Shown: positions 37,164 to 47,338 of the stretch, piece by piece
Layout of the letters: every line of letters starts with the position of its first letter
Numbering within the stretch: the stretch's first letter is position 1
Made by a program: the position numbers and the translations under genes
Notes under the pieces: generated by a model
The model's database searches: none
What the model saw: only the letters and a program-made list of their open reading frames with translations
What the model was told of the DNA's origin: nothing
DNA from: Phycisphaerae bacterium
GTDB lineage: Bacteria; Planctomycetota; Phycisphaerae; WQYP01
Length of the DNA stretch: 53,824 nucleotides
Reading direction: 5' to 3'
Assembly: GCA_049965775.1 (NCBI GenBank)
Contig: JBMFVX010000002.1
Coordinates: 1-53,824 of the forward strand

Positions 37164-39068
37164 CTACCCACCCATTTCGCGATAATAGCGGCGCATCAAT
37201 TCTGCTCGCGAGAGCAGCCCCCGGATGACGGATGCTTTATGCCCTACTGGGTTGTCTAAAACGGGAAGACGCGCTACTTCATGACGCGAAAACATTTCCA
37301 AAGCGACATCCAGCGGCGTTGTGGATCGTAGAGGAGGAATATCCGTCCGAACCACTTCTCCAACCAGAAGCAACGGCGCGGATTCCGGCTCCAGCATCAC
37401 GATTTTCAATTCATTGATAGTCAGCATGCCAAGGTAATGCCCTGCAGAATCAGTCACAACAAAATCATTGATATCACTGGCATGACTGCGATCAAGAATG
37501 CTCGAAAGTGGTTCATCAGGTCGAGCCAAGTCAGCCTTATCAAGCGTAAGTTGGTCAACCGTAAGGCGCTGCATTGCGCTGATGCCCACTGCCGATCCAA
37601 GCTTTACGCCCATGTGCCGCAGCGGAAGTGTATAAAGACTTTCACCGACCACAAACTGCTGGCACACGGTGGCGGTGACTGTCGCCAACATTGCCGGCAG
37701 CATAACGCCATAATTGCGCGTAAGTTCAAACAAAAGTATAATTGCCGTCAGTGGAGCCTGCGTGGCTGCGGCTAAAACGGCGCCCATGCCCACCAGAGCA
37801 TAACTCGTCGGATCTATGGCAGCGCTGTAATGATGTAAAATAATGCCCAGAGCGCCGCCACCGGTTGCACCGATAAATAGCGCCGGCGCAAATACACCCC
37901 CAGCTCCACCGCTACCCAGGGTAAAGGCGGTGGCAACTATCTTCAACAAGCATACGACTGCTAAAAACTCAAGGGTAAGCTGCACGGCCTGACCGGCAAC
38001 AATATGGCCAGAGGCATACCAACCCGGGTCCAAGGCTCGGTGAATCGTCGGATAGCCATCAGCAAAGATTGGGATGTAACCATCACTAAATCGCTGATGC
38101 AGAAATGGGTCGTGCGAAAACAGCGCCAGCAGAATAATACCGCACGCTCCGGATAGCGCCGCCCCCATGATCGGAAGAAAGAATGCGGGTACTTTTTTGG
38201 AAATCCGCTGCGAGAGCAATTCAATTGCCCCCATACATCGCGTAAAAAAAACCGCCAGAAGACCGCAAAATAGCCCAAGCACAAGATAATATGGCAATTC
38301 GTGAAAGGTAAACACCAGATTGCTGCCCTGAACCGGCATCTGAAACAAGCCCGTGGTCGTTTTTGAGCCTACAATCGCCTCGTACATGGTGGTGGCGGCA
38401 ACTGAACTTATTACGACGGGAGTAAGCGTAGAGACCGAAAAATCACGAAGCAGAACTTCCACTGCAAAAAGTACACCGGCAATGGGTGCACCAAATACCG
38501 CGCTAATGCCGCCGGCGGCACCACAACCAATCAGTACCGGCATATTGCGCCGCGAAATGCCGACCATAGCCGCGACCGTCGAGCCGATGGACGATCCAAT
38601 AACCGCAATGGGGGCCTCCGGCCCCGCGGAGCCGCCGGAGCCAATGGTTAACGCACTGCCTATCATTGTTTCAAGGCCAAGGGCAAATCGTAATCGCCCT
38701 GACTCGCGCGTGAGCGAGTAGAGCACCCCCGCCAGCCCATCGAGCCGTGCATCACGCCTGGGCCAAAGTCGTCGCCACAAAACAAGCATAACCGCCCCGC
38801 CGGCCGGAATCAGAGGTAGTAGAATCCAAAAAGCCGGCTGCGATGTTGCATGCGACACCAAGGCCAAAGGTCGCATGTAGTTGCGCTCTACAAAAGTTGT
38901 ACATACCTTGAACAGCCAGGTTGCTCCTCCGCTGAGCACCCCCACCAGAAAACTCAGCATCACAAGCAACGTTTGTTCACGAACGCCCCAGCGGGTTAAC
39001 CGTTGCAACAGTCGCAATCGAAATTGAAGAAGCCAGCCCTTTACAGCTTTCGTCATGTGTATGGCCAT
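37164..39068 (-). CDS. ClC-family chloride channel/transporter with a C-terminal CBS pair
   Basis: Selectivity-filter-like motifs GSGGSAGPEAPI, GAPIAGVLFAVE and GGVFAPALFIGA, about 10 TM helices, and a C-terminal CBS domain pair (DFVVTDSAGHYLGMLT..., LPVLDN...). Confidence 0.9.
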   Translation of the reverse strand: MAIHMTKAVKGWLLQFRLRLLQRLTRWGVREQTLLVMLSFLVGVLSGGATWLFKVCTTFVERNYMRPLALVSHATSQPAFWILLPLIPAGGAVMLVLWRRLWPRRDARLDGLAGVLYSLTRESGRLRFALGLETMIGSALTIGSGGSAGPEAPIAVIGSSIGSTVAAMVGISRRNMPVLIGCGAAGGISAVFGAPIAGVLFAVEVLLRDFSVSTLTPVVISSVAATTMYEAIVGSKTTTGLFQMPVQGSNLVFTFHELPYYLVLGLFCGLLAVFFTRCMGAIELLSQRISKKVPAFFLPIMGAALSGACGIILLALFSHDPFLHQRFSDGYIPIFADGYPTIHRALDPGWYASGHIVAGQAVQLTLEFLAVVCLLKIVATAFTLGSGGAGGVFAPALFIGATGGGALGIILHHYSAAIDPTSYALVGMGAVLAAATQAPLTAIILLFELTRNYGVMLPAMLATVTATVCQQFVVGESLYTLPLRHMGVKLGSAVGISAMQRLTVDQLTLDKADLARPDEPLSSILDRSHASDINDFVVTDSAGHYLGMLTINELKIVMLEPESAPLLLVGEVVRTDIPPLRSTTPLDVALEMFSRHEVARLPVLDNPVGHKASVIRGLLSRAELMRRYYREMGG

Positions 39069-39289
39069 AAGCCTTTCTACTCCGCGAACCAGTCAATCGC
39101 CGCCAGCTACAATGCCTTACGCCTACAACGTATTATTCCGTCGCTATACAGCCCGGCAATTATCCGAGACAAGCCCCCTGTTTTCTACCAAGTGGCTCCT
39201 AGGACTTTCCCCGATGTTAGCATGCGACCAATTGTTTATCATAGGAATGTGAGAACCGGGAGGTTCAGACCGTAATAGGAGATAGTGGT

Positions 39290-42034
39290 ATGACAAGCAG
39301 TCCTTCCATAAACGGCGCACTTGATCCAGCGCGGGCCATCTGGCGACGCCAGCGCCATGCACTGGATGCGTTTTTTACACCCAAAAATGTCGCCGTCATT
39401 GGGGCTACTGAAAAGCCCGGCAGCGTTGGGCAAGCAGTGGTTCGGAACCTTATTGCAAGCCCATTTGGCGGCGCAGTGCTGCCGGTAAACCCTAAGCGTC
39501 CCAGCGTGCTCGGCATTCGTGCCTACCCAAACGTGGCGGAATTGCCTATACAGGCGGATCTGGCTGTCATTACGACCCCAGCGGCAACCGTGCCCAAGCT
39601 TATAGCCGAATGTGGCGCTGCGGGCATCGGATGCGTCATAGTTATATCCGCCGGTTTTAAAGAAGCAGGGCCGGACGGCGTAGCCTTGGCTGAAAAAGCC
39701 TTGGCTGCGGCCCGCGAACACTCCATTCGTCTCATCGGGCCTAACTGTCTGGGTCTGATGTGTCCGCCATCGGGAATTAACGCCTCCTTCGCCCATGCCA
39801 TGGCACGTCCAGGCTCCGTTGCGTTTATCAGCCAAAGCGGCGCCTTATGCACGGCCGTGCTCGACTGGAGTCTACGCGAAAGCGTCGGCTTCAGTGCGTT
39901 TATCTCAATAGGCTCGATGCTGGATGTCGGCTTTGGCGACTTATTGGATTATTTTGGCGACGATCCGCACACACGCAGTATTGTCATGTATATTGAAAGC
40001 ATTGGCGACGCGCGTGCGTTTCTATCGGCGGCGAGGGAAGTCGCTCTCTCCAAACCCATCATCGTAATTAAGGCAGGCCGTACCGATGCGGCCGCTAAAG
40101 CCGCTGTCTCTCACACCGGGTCGCTTGCCGGCAGCGACGATGCCATAGAGGCAGCCTTTAGGCGCGTAGGGGTGCTGCGCGTGGATTCAATCGAAGACCT
40201 GTTTTCGATGGCAGAGGTCTTGGGAAAGCAGCCACGACCGTCCGGGCGCAAACTTACAATAGTCACCAATGCAGGTGGGCCTGGCGTGCTCGCAACTGAT
40301 GCACTCATTACTGGAGGTGGCGAGCTTACTGCCCTAAGCCCCGACGCCATCGCTAAACTAAACGAGACGCTTCCACCGCAATGGAGCCACGCCAATCCCA
40401 TTGATGTGCTCGGCGACGCCGATGCCCAGCGGTATGCGGCCGCAACCCAGTTGGCTATTGAAGATAACGAGTCCAATGGTGTTCTTGTTGTGCTTACGCC
40501 GCAGGCCATGACCGACGCAACCGCTACAGCTGATCTTATCTGTAAGCTGGCCACCGGCGCCCAAAAGCCGGTTCTTGCCAGTTGGATGGGAGGCGACCAA
40601 GTGGCTGCGGGGGCGGCACGGCTCAACGCCGCTGGTATCCCAGTCTTTGAATACCCTGATTTGGCGGCGCGAACATTCAATTTCATGTGGCGTTGGAGCT
40701 ACGCCCTTCGTGGAATCTATGAAACTCCAACAACGGTTTCGGAACAATTGCCTCAATGCAGCGCCACAGCCGCGGAAATTATCGCCGCGGTGCGACGCGA
40801 TGGGCGCACCATCCTGACGGAGCCGGAGGCCAAACAACTCCTGGCCGCATATGGCATACCCATTGCACAAACACGCACAGCAAAAACTCCAGCCGAGGCT
40901 ATTCAGGCAGCCAAGACTATAGGGTTTCCAGTCGTGCTGAAGTTGCTCAGCCATAAGATCACCCATAAAAGCGACGTCGGCGGCGTTCGTTTGAACCTTC
41001 AGTCCGAGGCGCATGTTGCCGAGGCATTTGACGCAATCAAGCAAGCCGCCCATAAGCATGGCGGTGCCGAAGCTTTTGAAGGCGTAACGGTTCAGCCTAT
41101 GATTCGCACGGATGGCTACGAACTGCTGCTGGGCAGCACGGTAGATTCGCAGTTGGGGCCGGTAATCGTTTTTGGGGCCGGCGGCCAGCTTGTGGAAATC
41201 ATTCGAGATCGGTCACTTGCATTGCCGCCGCTTAACAGCACGCTCGCCCGCCGCATGATGGAACAGACCCGCATATTCAAGGCCTTACATGGTGTGCGCG
41301 GCAGGCCGCCCGCAAATATGGCTTTGCTTGAAGATGCCATTGTGCAGTTCAGCCGACTCGTCATCGAACAGCCTGAAATTCGCGAGGTGGACATCAATCC
41401 ACTGCTGGCGTCGGATCGCGGCGCCATTGCCCTCGACGCCCGCGTTGTGCTTCACGATGCCGCCGCAGTGGCGGCAGGGCTTCCTCGGCCTGCTATTCGC
41501 CCCTATCCCAGTCAGTATGTCAGCAGCATCAGCAATCGCCATGGACTGAAAATGACGGTCCGCCCCATTCGGCCGGAAGACGAACCCCTTCTGGTGAAAT
41601 TTCACCGCCACTTGTCCGACCAGACAGTACACCAACGGTATCTCGGCATGCTCAACTACGATGCCCGCGTCGTACATGAGCGACTTTTGCGGCAGTGCTT
41701 TAATGATTACGACCGCGAGATCGCGCTGGTCGTCGAGCTTATACAGCCAACCACCAATCGCCCCGCCATCATCGGCGTCGGACGATTGACGCGGCTTCCA
41801 GGGACACCGCAGGCCCGCTTTTCGATGGTGGTGGCCGATGAGTATCAGTTTCAAGGCATCGGCAGCCAACTGCTGGAAAAACTCATCGCTGTCGCCCGTG
41901 GAGAAAAGATCAGTGTTTTGACCGCGGAGATGCTGGCCTCCAACTTTGATATGCAGGACCTATGCAGACGCGGCGGTTTTACCATCAACAGCAAGCCCGG
42001 CGATGAATTGGCTTACGCAGAACTCAGATTGTAA
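39290..42034 (+). CDS. Pat-like fusion: ADP-forming acyl-CoA synthetase (CoA-binding + succinyl-CoA-ligase-like + ATP-grasp) with a C-terminal GNAT acetyltransferase
   Basis: 914 aa. CoA-binding [20 protein letters not shown], flavodoxin-like ligase domain, ATP-grasp (...[24 protein letters not shown]), and a C-terminal GNAT with [19 protein letters not shown]. Confidence 0.85.
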   Translation: MTSSPSINGALDPARAIWRRQRHALDAFFTPKNVAVIGATEKPGSVGQAVVRNLIASPFGGAVLPVNPKRPSVLGIRAYPNVAELPIQADLAVITTPAATVPKLIAECGAAGIGCVIVISAGFKEAGPDGVALAEKALAAAREHSIRLIGPNCLGLMCPPSGINASFAHAMARPGSVAFISQSGALCTAVLDWSLRESVGFSAFISIGSMLDVGFGDLLDYFGDDPHTRSIVMYIESIGDARAFLSAAREVALSKPIIVIKAGRTDAAAKAAVSHTGSLAGSDDAIEAAFRRVGVLRVDSIEDLFSMAEVLGKQPRPSGRKLTIVTNAGGPGVLATDALITGGGELTALSPDAIAKLNETLPPQWSHANPIDVLGDADAQRYAAATQLAIEDNESNGVLVVLTPQAMTDATATADLICKLATGAQKPVLASWMGGDQVAAGAARLNAAGIPVFEYPDLAARTFNFMWRWSYALRGIYETPTTVSEQLPQCSATAAEIIAAVRRDGRTILTEPEAKQLLAAYGIPIAQTRTAKTPAEAIQAAKTIGFPVVLKLLSHKITHKSDVGGVRLNLQSEAHVAEAFDAIKQAAHKHGGAEAFEGVTVQPMIRTDGYELLLGSTVDSQLGPVIVFGAGGQLVEIIRDRSLALPPLNSTLARRMMEQTRIFKALHGVRGRPPANMALLEDAIVQFSRLVIEQPEIREVDINPLLASDRGAIALDARVVLHDAAAVAAGLPRPAIRPYPSQYVSSISNRHGLKMTVRPIRPEDEPLLVKFHRHLSDQTVHQRYLGMLNYDARVVHERLLRQCFNDYDREIALVVELIQPTTNRPAIIGVGRLTRLPGTPQARFSMVVADEYQFQGIGSQLLEKLIAVARGEKISVLTAEMLASNFDMQDLCRRGGFTINSKPGDELAYAELRL

Positions 42035-42067
42035 TAATGTAGAGTTAAACGGCCTGGCCGAAGGCGA

Positions 42068-42916
42068 CTATTGAAGCGTACCAATGAGTTGAATTGAGCC
42101 GGTGGGCACAGCTACGCCACCGGCGGGTTCATCCGTCACAGCCACCGCACTGACCTTATCCATATTTTGCCCAACAGCCGCAGTCAACATGCCATCGCCG
42201 CTGGCGTCAACATTAAATGTTCCTGCAGCCTTCTTCGTATGATCTTTTGTTATAAACCAAAGCTCGTAGGTTTTTGTCGGTGGGAGCGGCTTAAGCCCCA
42301 TGGCGCAAAATTGCCACATATGCGTTTTGGCATTGTAGAATATTCGGCCAACTGCACGCTTGTCCACGGGCTTGCCCGAGAGTGCCACAACCTGCAACTG
42401 TTTGGCCATAAACATTTTACGTGTCATTTCAGATTGCTTAATCTGCAGTTGAAGAAGAGCTGTCGTTTGAACTGCCGCTTGATACTTTGCGGTTAACAAA
42501 TTAACGCTGTTTTTAGCAGCGTCGAGGCGATCTCGCATTGCCACGAGTTGCTGATTCTTCTGCGTGATCACCAAATGCCAGTAGCTGCTCACGGCTATTA
42601 AAGTCACGGCCAATACAATTGCTGCGGCCAAACCACCCATTGCATACCAACGCCGCGACTGCCCCGGTGTTCGAGGCTCAACGTTGTCTGCATGCCTTTC
42701 TATGCGGGCCATCAACGATGCGTGTACATCAGGATTCGGCTGTGCCGGGGGCAGCATGAGGGCCAGGGTTGCCCCTACCGTGGTAAACTCCGTAAGCATC
42801 GCATTGCAGCCCGGACAGCCTGTGGCAAGGTGCGATTGCAATTGCCGCGCCTCGTTATCGGACAACCCGCCGGCAACGTATAACGGTATTAACTCGCTTG
42901 CTTGCTGACACATCAC
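42068..42916 (-). CDS. Anti-sigma factor (N-terminal zinc-finger zf-HC2-like, one TM helix, RskA-like C-terminal domain)
   Basis: The N-terminus has C3 and HLATGCPGC. TM helix WYAMGGLAAAIVLAVTLIAV. C-terminal YELWFITKDH..KAAGTF resembles the anti-sigma-K RskA domain. The gene lies 21 nt downstream of the ECF sigma gene. Confidence 0.8.
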   Translation of the reverse strand: MMCQQASELIPLYVAGGLSDNEARQLQSHLATGCPGCNAMLTEFTTVGATLALMLPPAQPNPDVHASLMARIERHADNVEPRTPGQSRRWYAMGGLAAAIVLAVTLIAVSSYWHLVITQKNQQLVAMRDRLDAAKNSVNLLTAKYQAAVQTTALLQLQIKQSEMTRKMFMAKQLQVVALSGKPVDKRAVGRIFYNAKTHMWQFCAMGLKPLPPTKTYELWFITKDHTKKAAGTFNVDASGDGMLTAAVGQNMDKVSAVAVTDEPAGGVAVPTGSIQLIGTLQ

Positions 42917-42937
42917 AATAAGGGCCTCAACACTACA

Positions 42938-43522
42938 TTATCCTTTACGCAGAATATCCCTCAGATGGATTAACCCCAGCCGAATATGACTTTTTACCGT
43001 GCCCAAAGGTAGCTGTGCTTTTGCTGCTATTTCGCTATGGCTTAGGCCATCAAAATACGCCATCTCAAGCGCTTTTCGCTGCGGGCCAGGAAGCGATTCC
43101 ATCGCTGTTCGAATCAGCTCGCCTTGCTCCGCAAACTCAACCGCTTGACCGGGGCTATCCGCCGCTTTGTTGGCCGGCACATTTAAATTTGCCAACTCCC
43201 CAACGTCCACCTGATGCAAGCTACCCGTTTTGGAACTGCGTTTTCGATCAATTGCGCGGCTACGGGCCAGCGTAATAAGATAGGTAACCGGGGCACCGCG
43301 CGACGCCTCATAGCGCGACGCGCGGCGCCATAATTCCCAAAATACGTCAAGTAATACTTCTTCGGCGTCGGTGCGATTATTTACGATGCGCTGACACACA
43401 GCCAGCAACAAGCCCGAATATTTCTTATAGAGCCGATCCATCGCAGCCGGATCGCCGGCGGCAATTGCCTCCATAAGCACATAGTCATCGGCCGATTGTG
43501 ACTGGACAGACAAACCGTTCAC
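42938..43522 (-). CDS. ECF-type RNA polymerase sigma factor
   Basis: Region 2 (DAEEVLLDVFWELWRRASRYE) and region 4 (LSHSEIAAKAQLPLGTVKSHIRLGL). 194 aa. Confidence 0.9.
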   Translation of the reverse strand: MNGLSVQSQSADDYVLMEAIAAGDPAAMDRLYKKYSGLLLAVCQRIVNNRTDAEEVLLDVFWELWRRASRYEASRGAPVTYLITLARSRAIDRKRSSKTGSLHQVDVGELANLNVPANKAADSPGQAVEFAEQGELIRTAMESLPGPQRKALEMAYFDGLSHSEIAAKAQLPLGTVKSHIRLGLIHLRDILRKG

Positions 43523-43594
43523 ACCCCAACTAAAGCACTACCGCATTCCAAGCGGCCCAGGATTGCCTGTATGCTACCTGAAAAGGCGAATCGC

Positions 43595-44116
43595 TCAAGT
43601 GATTCTCGGCCGCGGGTTTGACGTTGCCGCCGCCATATGTTGCGTGATAGCCGCATCGGCAAGCAAAAGTATCCGTCGGGCAGATTCAAACGTAAGCCGC
43701 GCCAAAGCATCCTGCAGATTCAACCAAGCGTGCCCACTATGTTCGTGCGAAAGCGTAACATCTTCAACCATCGTTTGAGCACAAAAATAGGTTACACGTT
43801 TGCGAACGCGCCCCTTGCTGCCAGATTGAAATTCATACTCCATGCACCGCTCAAAAGTACTGATGCGGTCCAGTTGCCTGATGCCGGTTTCTTCCTTTAA
43901 TTCGCGCACTGCCGCCTGCCAGGCCGTTTCGCCCTGCTCAAGATGTCCCTTCGGGTAGTCCCAATGACGGCCATAATCCAGCAGCAGATACAATCTTTGC
44001 CTCCTTACTACTCTAAAAACAATAAAACCCGCGGACTGCTCACGCGTAACGAATCGGTCCCGCTTCTGATAGCGTTTACTCGCCTTACCTGCGATTGAAG
44101 CGTCTTTGTCGGTCAC
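43595..44116 (-). CDS. NUDIX hydrolase
   Basis: Exact Nudix box GHLEQGETAWQAAVRELKEETGI (GX5EX7REUXEEXGU). The GTG start overlaps the upstream stop (GTGA). Confidence 0.8.
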   Translation of the reverse strand: MTDKDASIAGKASKRYQKRDRFVTREQSAGFIVFRVVRRQRLYLLLDYGRHWDYPKGHLEQGETAWQAAVRELKEETGIRQLDRISTFERCMEYEFQSGSKGRVRKRVTYFCAQTMVEDVTLSHEHSGHAWLNLQDALARLTFESARRILLLADAAITQHMAAATSNPRPRIT

Positions 44117-44676
44117 CCGCGCTTCCCCAGTAAACGCTTTTTATGATTCAAAAACACCATGTGATGGTCCAAATGCGCTATCGCCATGGACAGCAATTCT
44201 CTAAGAGAAATGCGTCCGCGCTCATTATGCGTGCCCGTGCGTTGAAAATGTTCGTCCGAAAGCCGCTTTAAAATCTCGGCCATGAGACGGCGATTGCGCA
44301 TAAATAAATCGGCGGCCGCCTGTGGGTCCAACATCTGATAAAAGAGATTTCGCGCGAAGAGAGATTCATTGAAACCGATGAGCGTCGGTTCGGATTCCGC
44401 GATCACCCGCTTCATACGATCGGCTAAAATTAGATCGCTGTCCATTAGATGTAGAACAATTTCCGCAATGGTCCATCCCCCACATGTGGGTTTGGCTCGC
44501 ATCTGTGACAGGGTCAGATTGCTTATGGCTTTCTTAGGCGTATTGCTGCCCCGAATATATTCCAGAATCATCGCCTCCGTCGTGTCGGAAAAGCTGGATT
44601 TATCAACACGAGCACGCGCGACATTAGAACGATGTTGCCGGATCTTCTTCGAGGCCGATACTGCTTTGCCAGCCAT
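44113..44676 (-). CDS. DinB-family (DinB_2-like) four-helix-bundle metalloprotein
   Basis: WTIAEIVLHLMDSDL and the C-terminal AHLDHH supply the conserved His triad context. 187 aa. Confidence 0.7.
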   Translation of the reverse strand: MAGKAVSASKKIRQHRSNVARARVDKSSFSDTTEAMILEYIRGSNTPKKAISNLTLSQMRAKPTCGGWTIAEIVLHLMDSDLILADRMKRVIAESEPTLIGFNESLFARNLFYQMLDPQAAADLFMRNRRLMAEILKRLSDEHFQRTGTHNERGRISLRELLSMAIAHLDHHMVFLNHKKRLLGKRG

Positions 44677-44779
44677 AGCAATGCTCCTTACTGTCTGACA
44701 GTATACCGACGCATGTACTGCACTGGTAGCCAGTTTTCTGCCAAAAGCATCGTCTCATCGCTTCAGCGGCGCTGCGGCA

Positions 44780-47338
44780 TTACACCACCAGATTAACGGC
44801 CTCCTTCAACCGTATGTCCGCAGAAGATGCGCCTACCAAGATGTCAATTTTTCCCGGCTCTTGCACGAAATCCTGCTGGGCTTCATCCCAATATTTGAGA
44901 GCTTGCTCATCGTGCCCAAGCGCAAAGCTTACCGTCTTGGTCTCACCGGGTTCTAAATGGATGCGGGCAAAATCCACCAACTGCTTGATGGGTCGTTGCA
45001 CTTTGCTCCCATTGACATGCACGTAAAACTGAACAATTTCATCACCGGCAACTCGCCCTGTGTTGGTAACGGTCAGGGCGATGCCCACAGCCTGCCGCGG
45101 CTTAAGATCCGACGCAGTAAGCTCAATATTGGCATACTCAAATGTCGTGTAGCTAAGCCCATGACCAAACGGGTACAGCGGCTTGCCTCGATAGTACAGG
45201 TAAGTGCGGCCCTTGCGAACGTCATAATCATGAAAGTGCGGTAAATCATCTACAGAGGCATACCAGGTTGTGGTAAGTTTGCCTGCCGGGTTATAGTCTC
45301 CAAAAAGAACGTCGGCAATCGCATGCCCTTGCTCCTGTCCGGCAAACATACCGCCCACGATCGCGGGAACATTTTCCTGCTCCCAATTAATGGCCACTGG
45401 GGCATTGGATGAAATAACCAATACCGTTTTCGGGTTGGCGGCAAATACAGCCTTTATTAACTCGTGTTGCGCCCCCGGCAAGCCAATGTGCGAACGGTCA
45501 TGCCCTTCGGCACCAATGGCCTGGTCAACGCCGACAAATACAAAAGCTACATCCGCCTCGCTAGCCAGCTTGGCGGCTGCATCAATATCCGATTGCTGCG
45601 CCGTCCCATCCACCGAACAGCCCAATGCAACGGATACCTCCACTCCCTTGGCCGCCGTCGCCAGAATCGGTCCAACCGGTGTCAGACTGAACGACCTTAG
45701 GTTAAATAAATAAGCCCCGGCCTTGCCAGAAAACCGCAGGAAAACTTTGTGCTCCCCGCTGATGCCCGTTATAGGAGCCGACACATCCACCCACTTTTGC
45801 CAGTCGCCGGTAACCGGTACCGCTAATTTGCATACCGCCGGACCATCCAGCCGATCTAAATGAACTTCAATAGACCCGCCTGCCCCTCGGCTGGCAACAC
45901 GAGCGTGCAGTTCAGTCGCTCCGCTAAATAGAACGTTGTCATAACTGGTCCAAGAGCCAGACTTGATAAAGCCCAAGTCTCCTCCTCCTTCAACTTGAGG
46001 ATTACCACCCATTGAAGCGAAGCTGGCAGCCATCTTTGAGTACGAAGGCTGGCTTTCTATACCGAAAATGTCAAAAATTCCCTGCAATGGCGATACCCGG
46101 TGCTGTGGTGAGCCGCTGTAATTACCAAGGTGGCATACGGATGCCATTGGGCCAATCACGGCTATTTTTTTGAGTTTTGTTTTGCCCAGCGGTAAAAGAT
46201 TATTCTCGTTTTTAAACAATACAATGCTTTGACGCCCAGCTTCACGAGCCAGTGCACGGTGGGACTTGCTTTCACGGCAATCTATCTGAATCTTGCTATA
46301 GGGTATTTGCTCCGGTGGGTCAAACTCCCCCAGCAGTATGCGGCCAGTGATAGAACGCGTCAGCGAGCGATCAATTACCGGCTCACTGATAAGCATCTTA
46401 TCCACCGCCTTACCCAGATATTTCTGCAATGTATCGCCACAATTGATATCACAGCCCGCATTAACCGCCAAGGCGGCGGCTTCATAACCGGTCGGCACAA
46501 AGTGATGCGTTTGATAGATGCAGCCCACTGCATCACAGTCCGATACCACATACCCCTTAAAGCCCCAGCGACGGCGAAGCACATCGGTCAGCAAAAACCG
46601 ACTCGCAGTGGTAGGTACACCGTTAAGGGAGTTGTAGGAACTCATCACCGTAAAAACCTTGCCCTTGGTAACGCACGCATGAAAACCACGCGTGTAATAT
46701 TCCCAGAAACTGCGGGAATCTACCGAGGCGGAGGTTGTGACCCGATCCGAGTCGGTATCATTGCAAATATAATGCTTAGCGCAGGCAATCGTCTTGAGAT
46801 ACTTCGGATCATCGCCCTGCATGCCATGAATGGTATAAGTCGCCATTTCTCCGACCAGATAGGGGTCTTCCGAATAATTCTCCCCGATGCGCCCCCAACG
46901 CGGATCGCGCGTACCCATATTGACCGTGGGAGGTGAAAAGAGCGCCAGGCTCTGACCGTTAACCTTGTGCCACGCCCACACCTCATCAGACACCGCCGTA
47001 AATACTTGCTTGATAAGTTCACGGTTCCACGAGCAGCCCATCGCCAGCGGCAACGGGAAGGAAGTAATCGGCCCCCCATGAATCAATCCATGCAGACCCT
47101 CGCTCCCATAAAAATTAAAACCGGGCAGGCCGATTCGCGGAATTGCCGGAGTACGTGTGCCGAATTGAGTAATCTTTTCTGCCAGCGTCATTTTGGCAAC
47201 AATAGCCGCCGCGCGCTTGCGAGCCGCATCAAAATTGGCTAACGAAATGCCGCCGGTATCCAGCCCACCATCGGCAGGCATACACTGCTCCACGCTGCCA
47301 GATTGCGAGCCCATTTCCTGACAGCCCGCCAAGGCCAA
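44780..47338 (-). CDS. Glycoside hydrolase family 3 (beta-glucosidase/beta-xylosidase type) with an internal CBM6-like module; probable Tat-exported lipoprotein
   Basis: GH3 blocks KHYICND and GFKGYVVSDCDAV (nucleophile Asp), the alpha/beta sandwich, and a C-terminal Fn3-like domain. Coordinates follow the first canonical start (TTG 47338). The in-frame upstream sequence to 47416 encodes SRRDFLTTAAAGAAALALAGC, so the true N-terminus probably lies upstream (see findings). Confidence 0.9.
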   Translation of the reverse strand: MALAGCQEMGSQSGSVEQCMPADGGLDTGGISLANFDAARKRAAAIVAKMTLAEKITQFGTRTPAIPRIGLPGFNFYGSEGLHGLIHGGPITSFPLPLAMGCSWNRELIKQVFTAVSDEVWAWHKVNGQSLALFSPPTVNMGTRDPRWGRIGENYSEDPYLVGEMATYTIHGMQGDDPKYLKTIACAKHYICNDTDSDRVTTSASVDSRSFWEYYTRGFHACVTKGKVFTVMSSYNSLNGVPTTASRFLLTDVLRRRWGFKGYVVSDCDAVGCIYQTHHFVPTGYEAAALAVNAGCDINCGDTLQKYLGKAVDKMLISEPVIDRSLTRSITGRILLGEFDPPEQIPYSKIQIDCRESKSHRALAREAGRQSIVLFKNENNLLPLGKTKLKKIAVIGPMASVCHLGNYSGSPQHRVSPLQGIFDIFGIESQPSYSKMAASFASMGGNPQVEGGGDLGFIKSGSWTSYDNVLFSGATELHARVASRGAGGSIEVHLDRLDGPAVCKLAVPVTGDWQKWVDVSAPITGISGEHKVFLRFSGKAGAYLFNLRSFSLTPVGPILATAAKGVEVSVALGCSVDGTAQQSDIDAAAKLASEADVAFVFVGVDQAIGAEGHDRSHIGLPGAQHELIKAVFAANPKTVLVISSNAPVAINWEQENVPAIVGGMFAGQEQGHAIADVLFGDYNPAGKLTTTWYASVDDLPHFHDYDVRKGRTYLYYRGKPLYPFGHGLSYTTFEYANIELTASDLKPRQAVGIALTVTNTGRVAGDEIVQFYVHVNGSKVQRPIKQLVDFARIHLEPGETKTVSFALGHDEQALKYWDEAQQDFVQEPGKIDILVGASSADIRLKEAVNLVV

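Noticed and set aside
39069-39289. Possible fluoride (crcB-motif) riboswitch upstream of the ClC gene.
   Set aside because: I found no conserved crcB-motif elements (no GGNGAUG...CUGAUGA-type core) on the minus strand. The ClC is a long CBS-containing type rather than the short ClC-F family that riboswitches usually control.
46398-46406. TTATCCACC, an 8/9 DnaA-box match.
   Set aside because: It is an isolated single site inside the GH3 coding sequence with no neighbouring boxes or AT tract, which is expected by chance in 54 kb.
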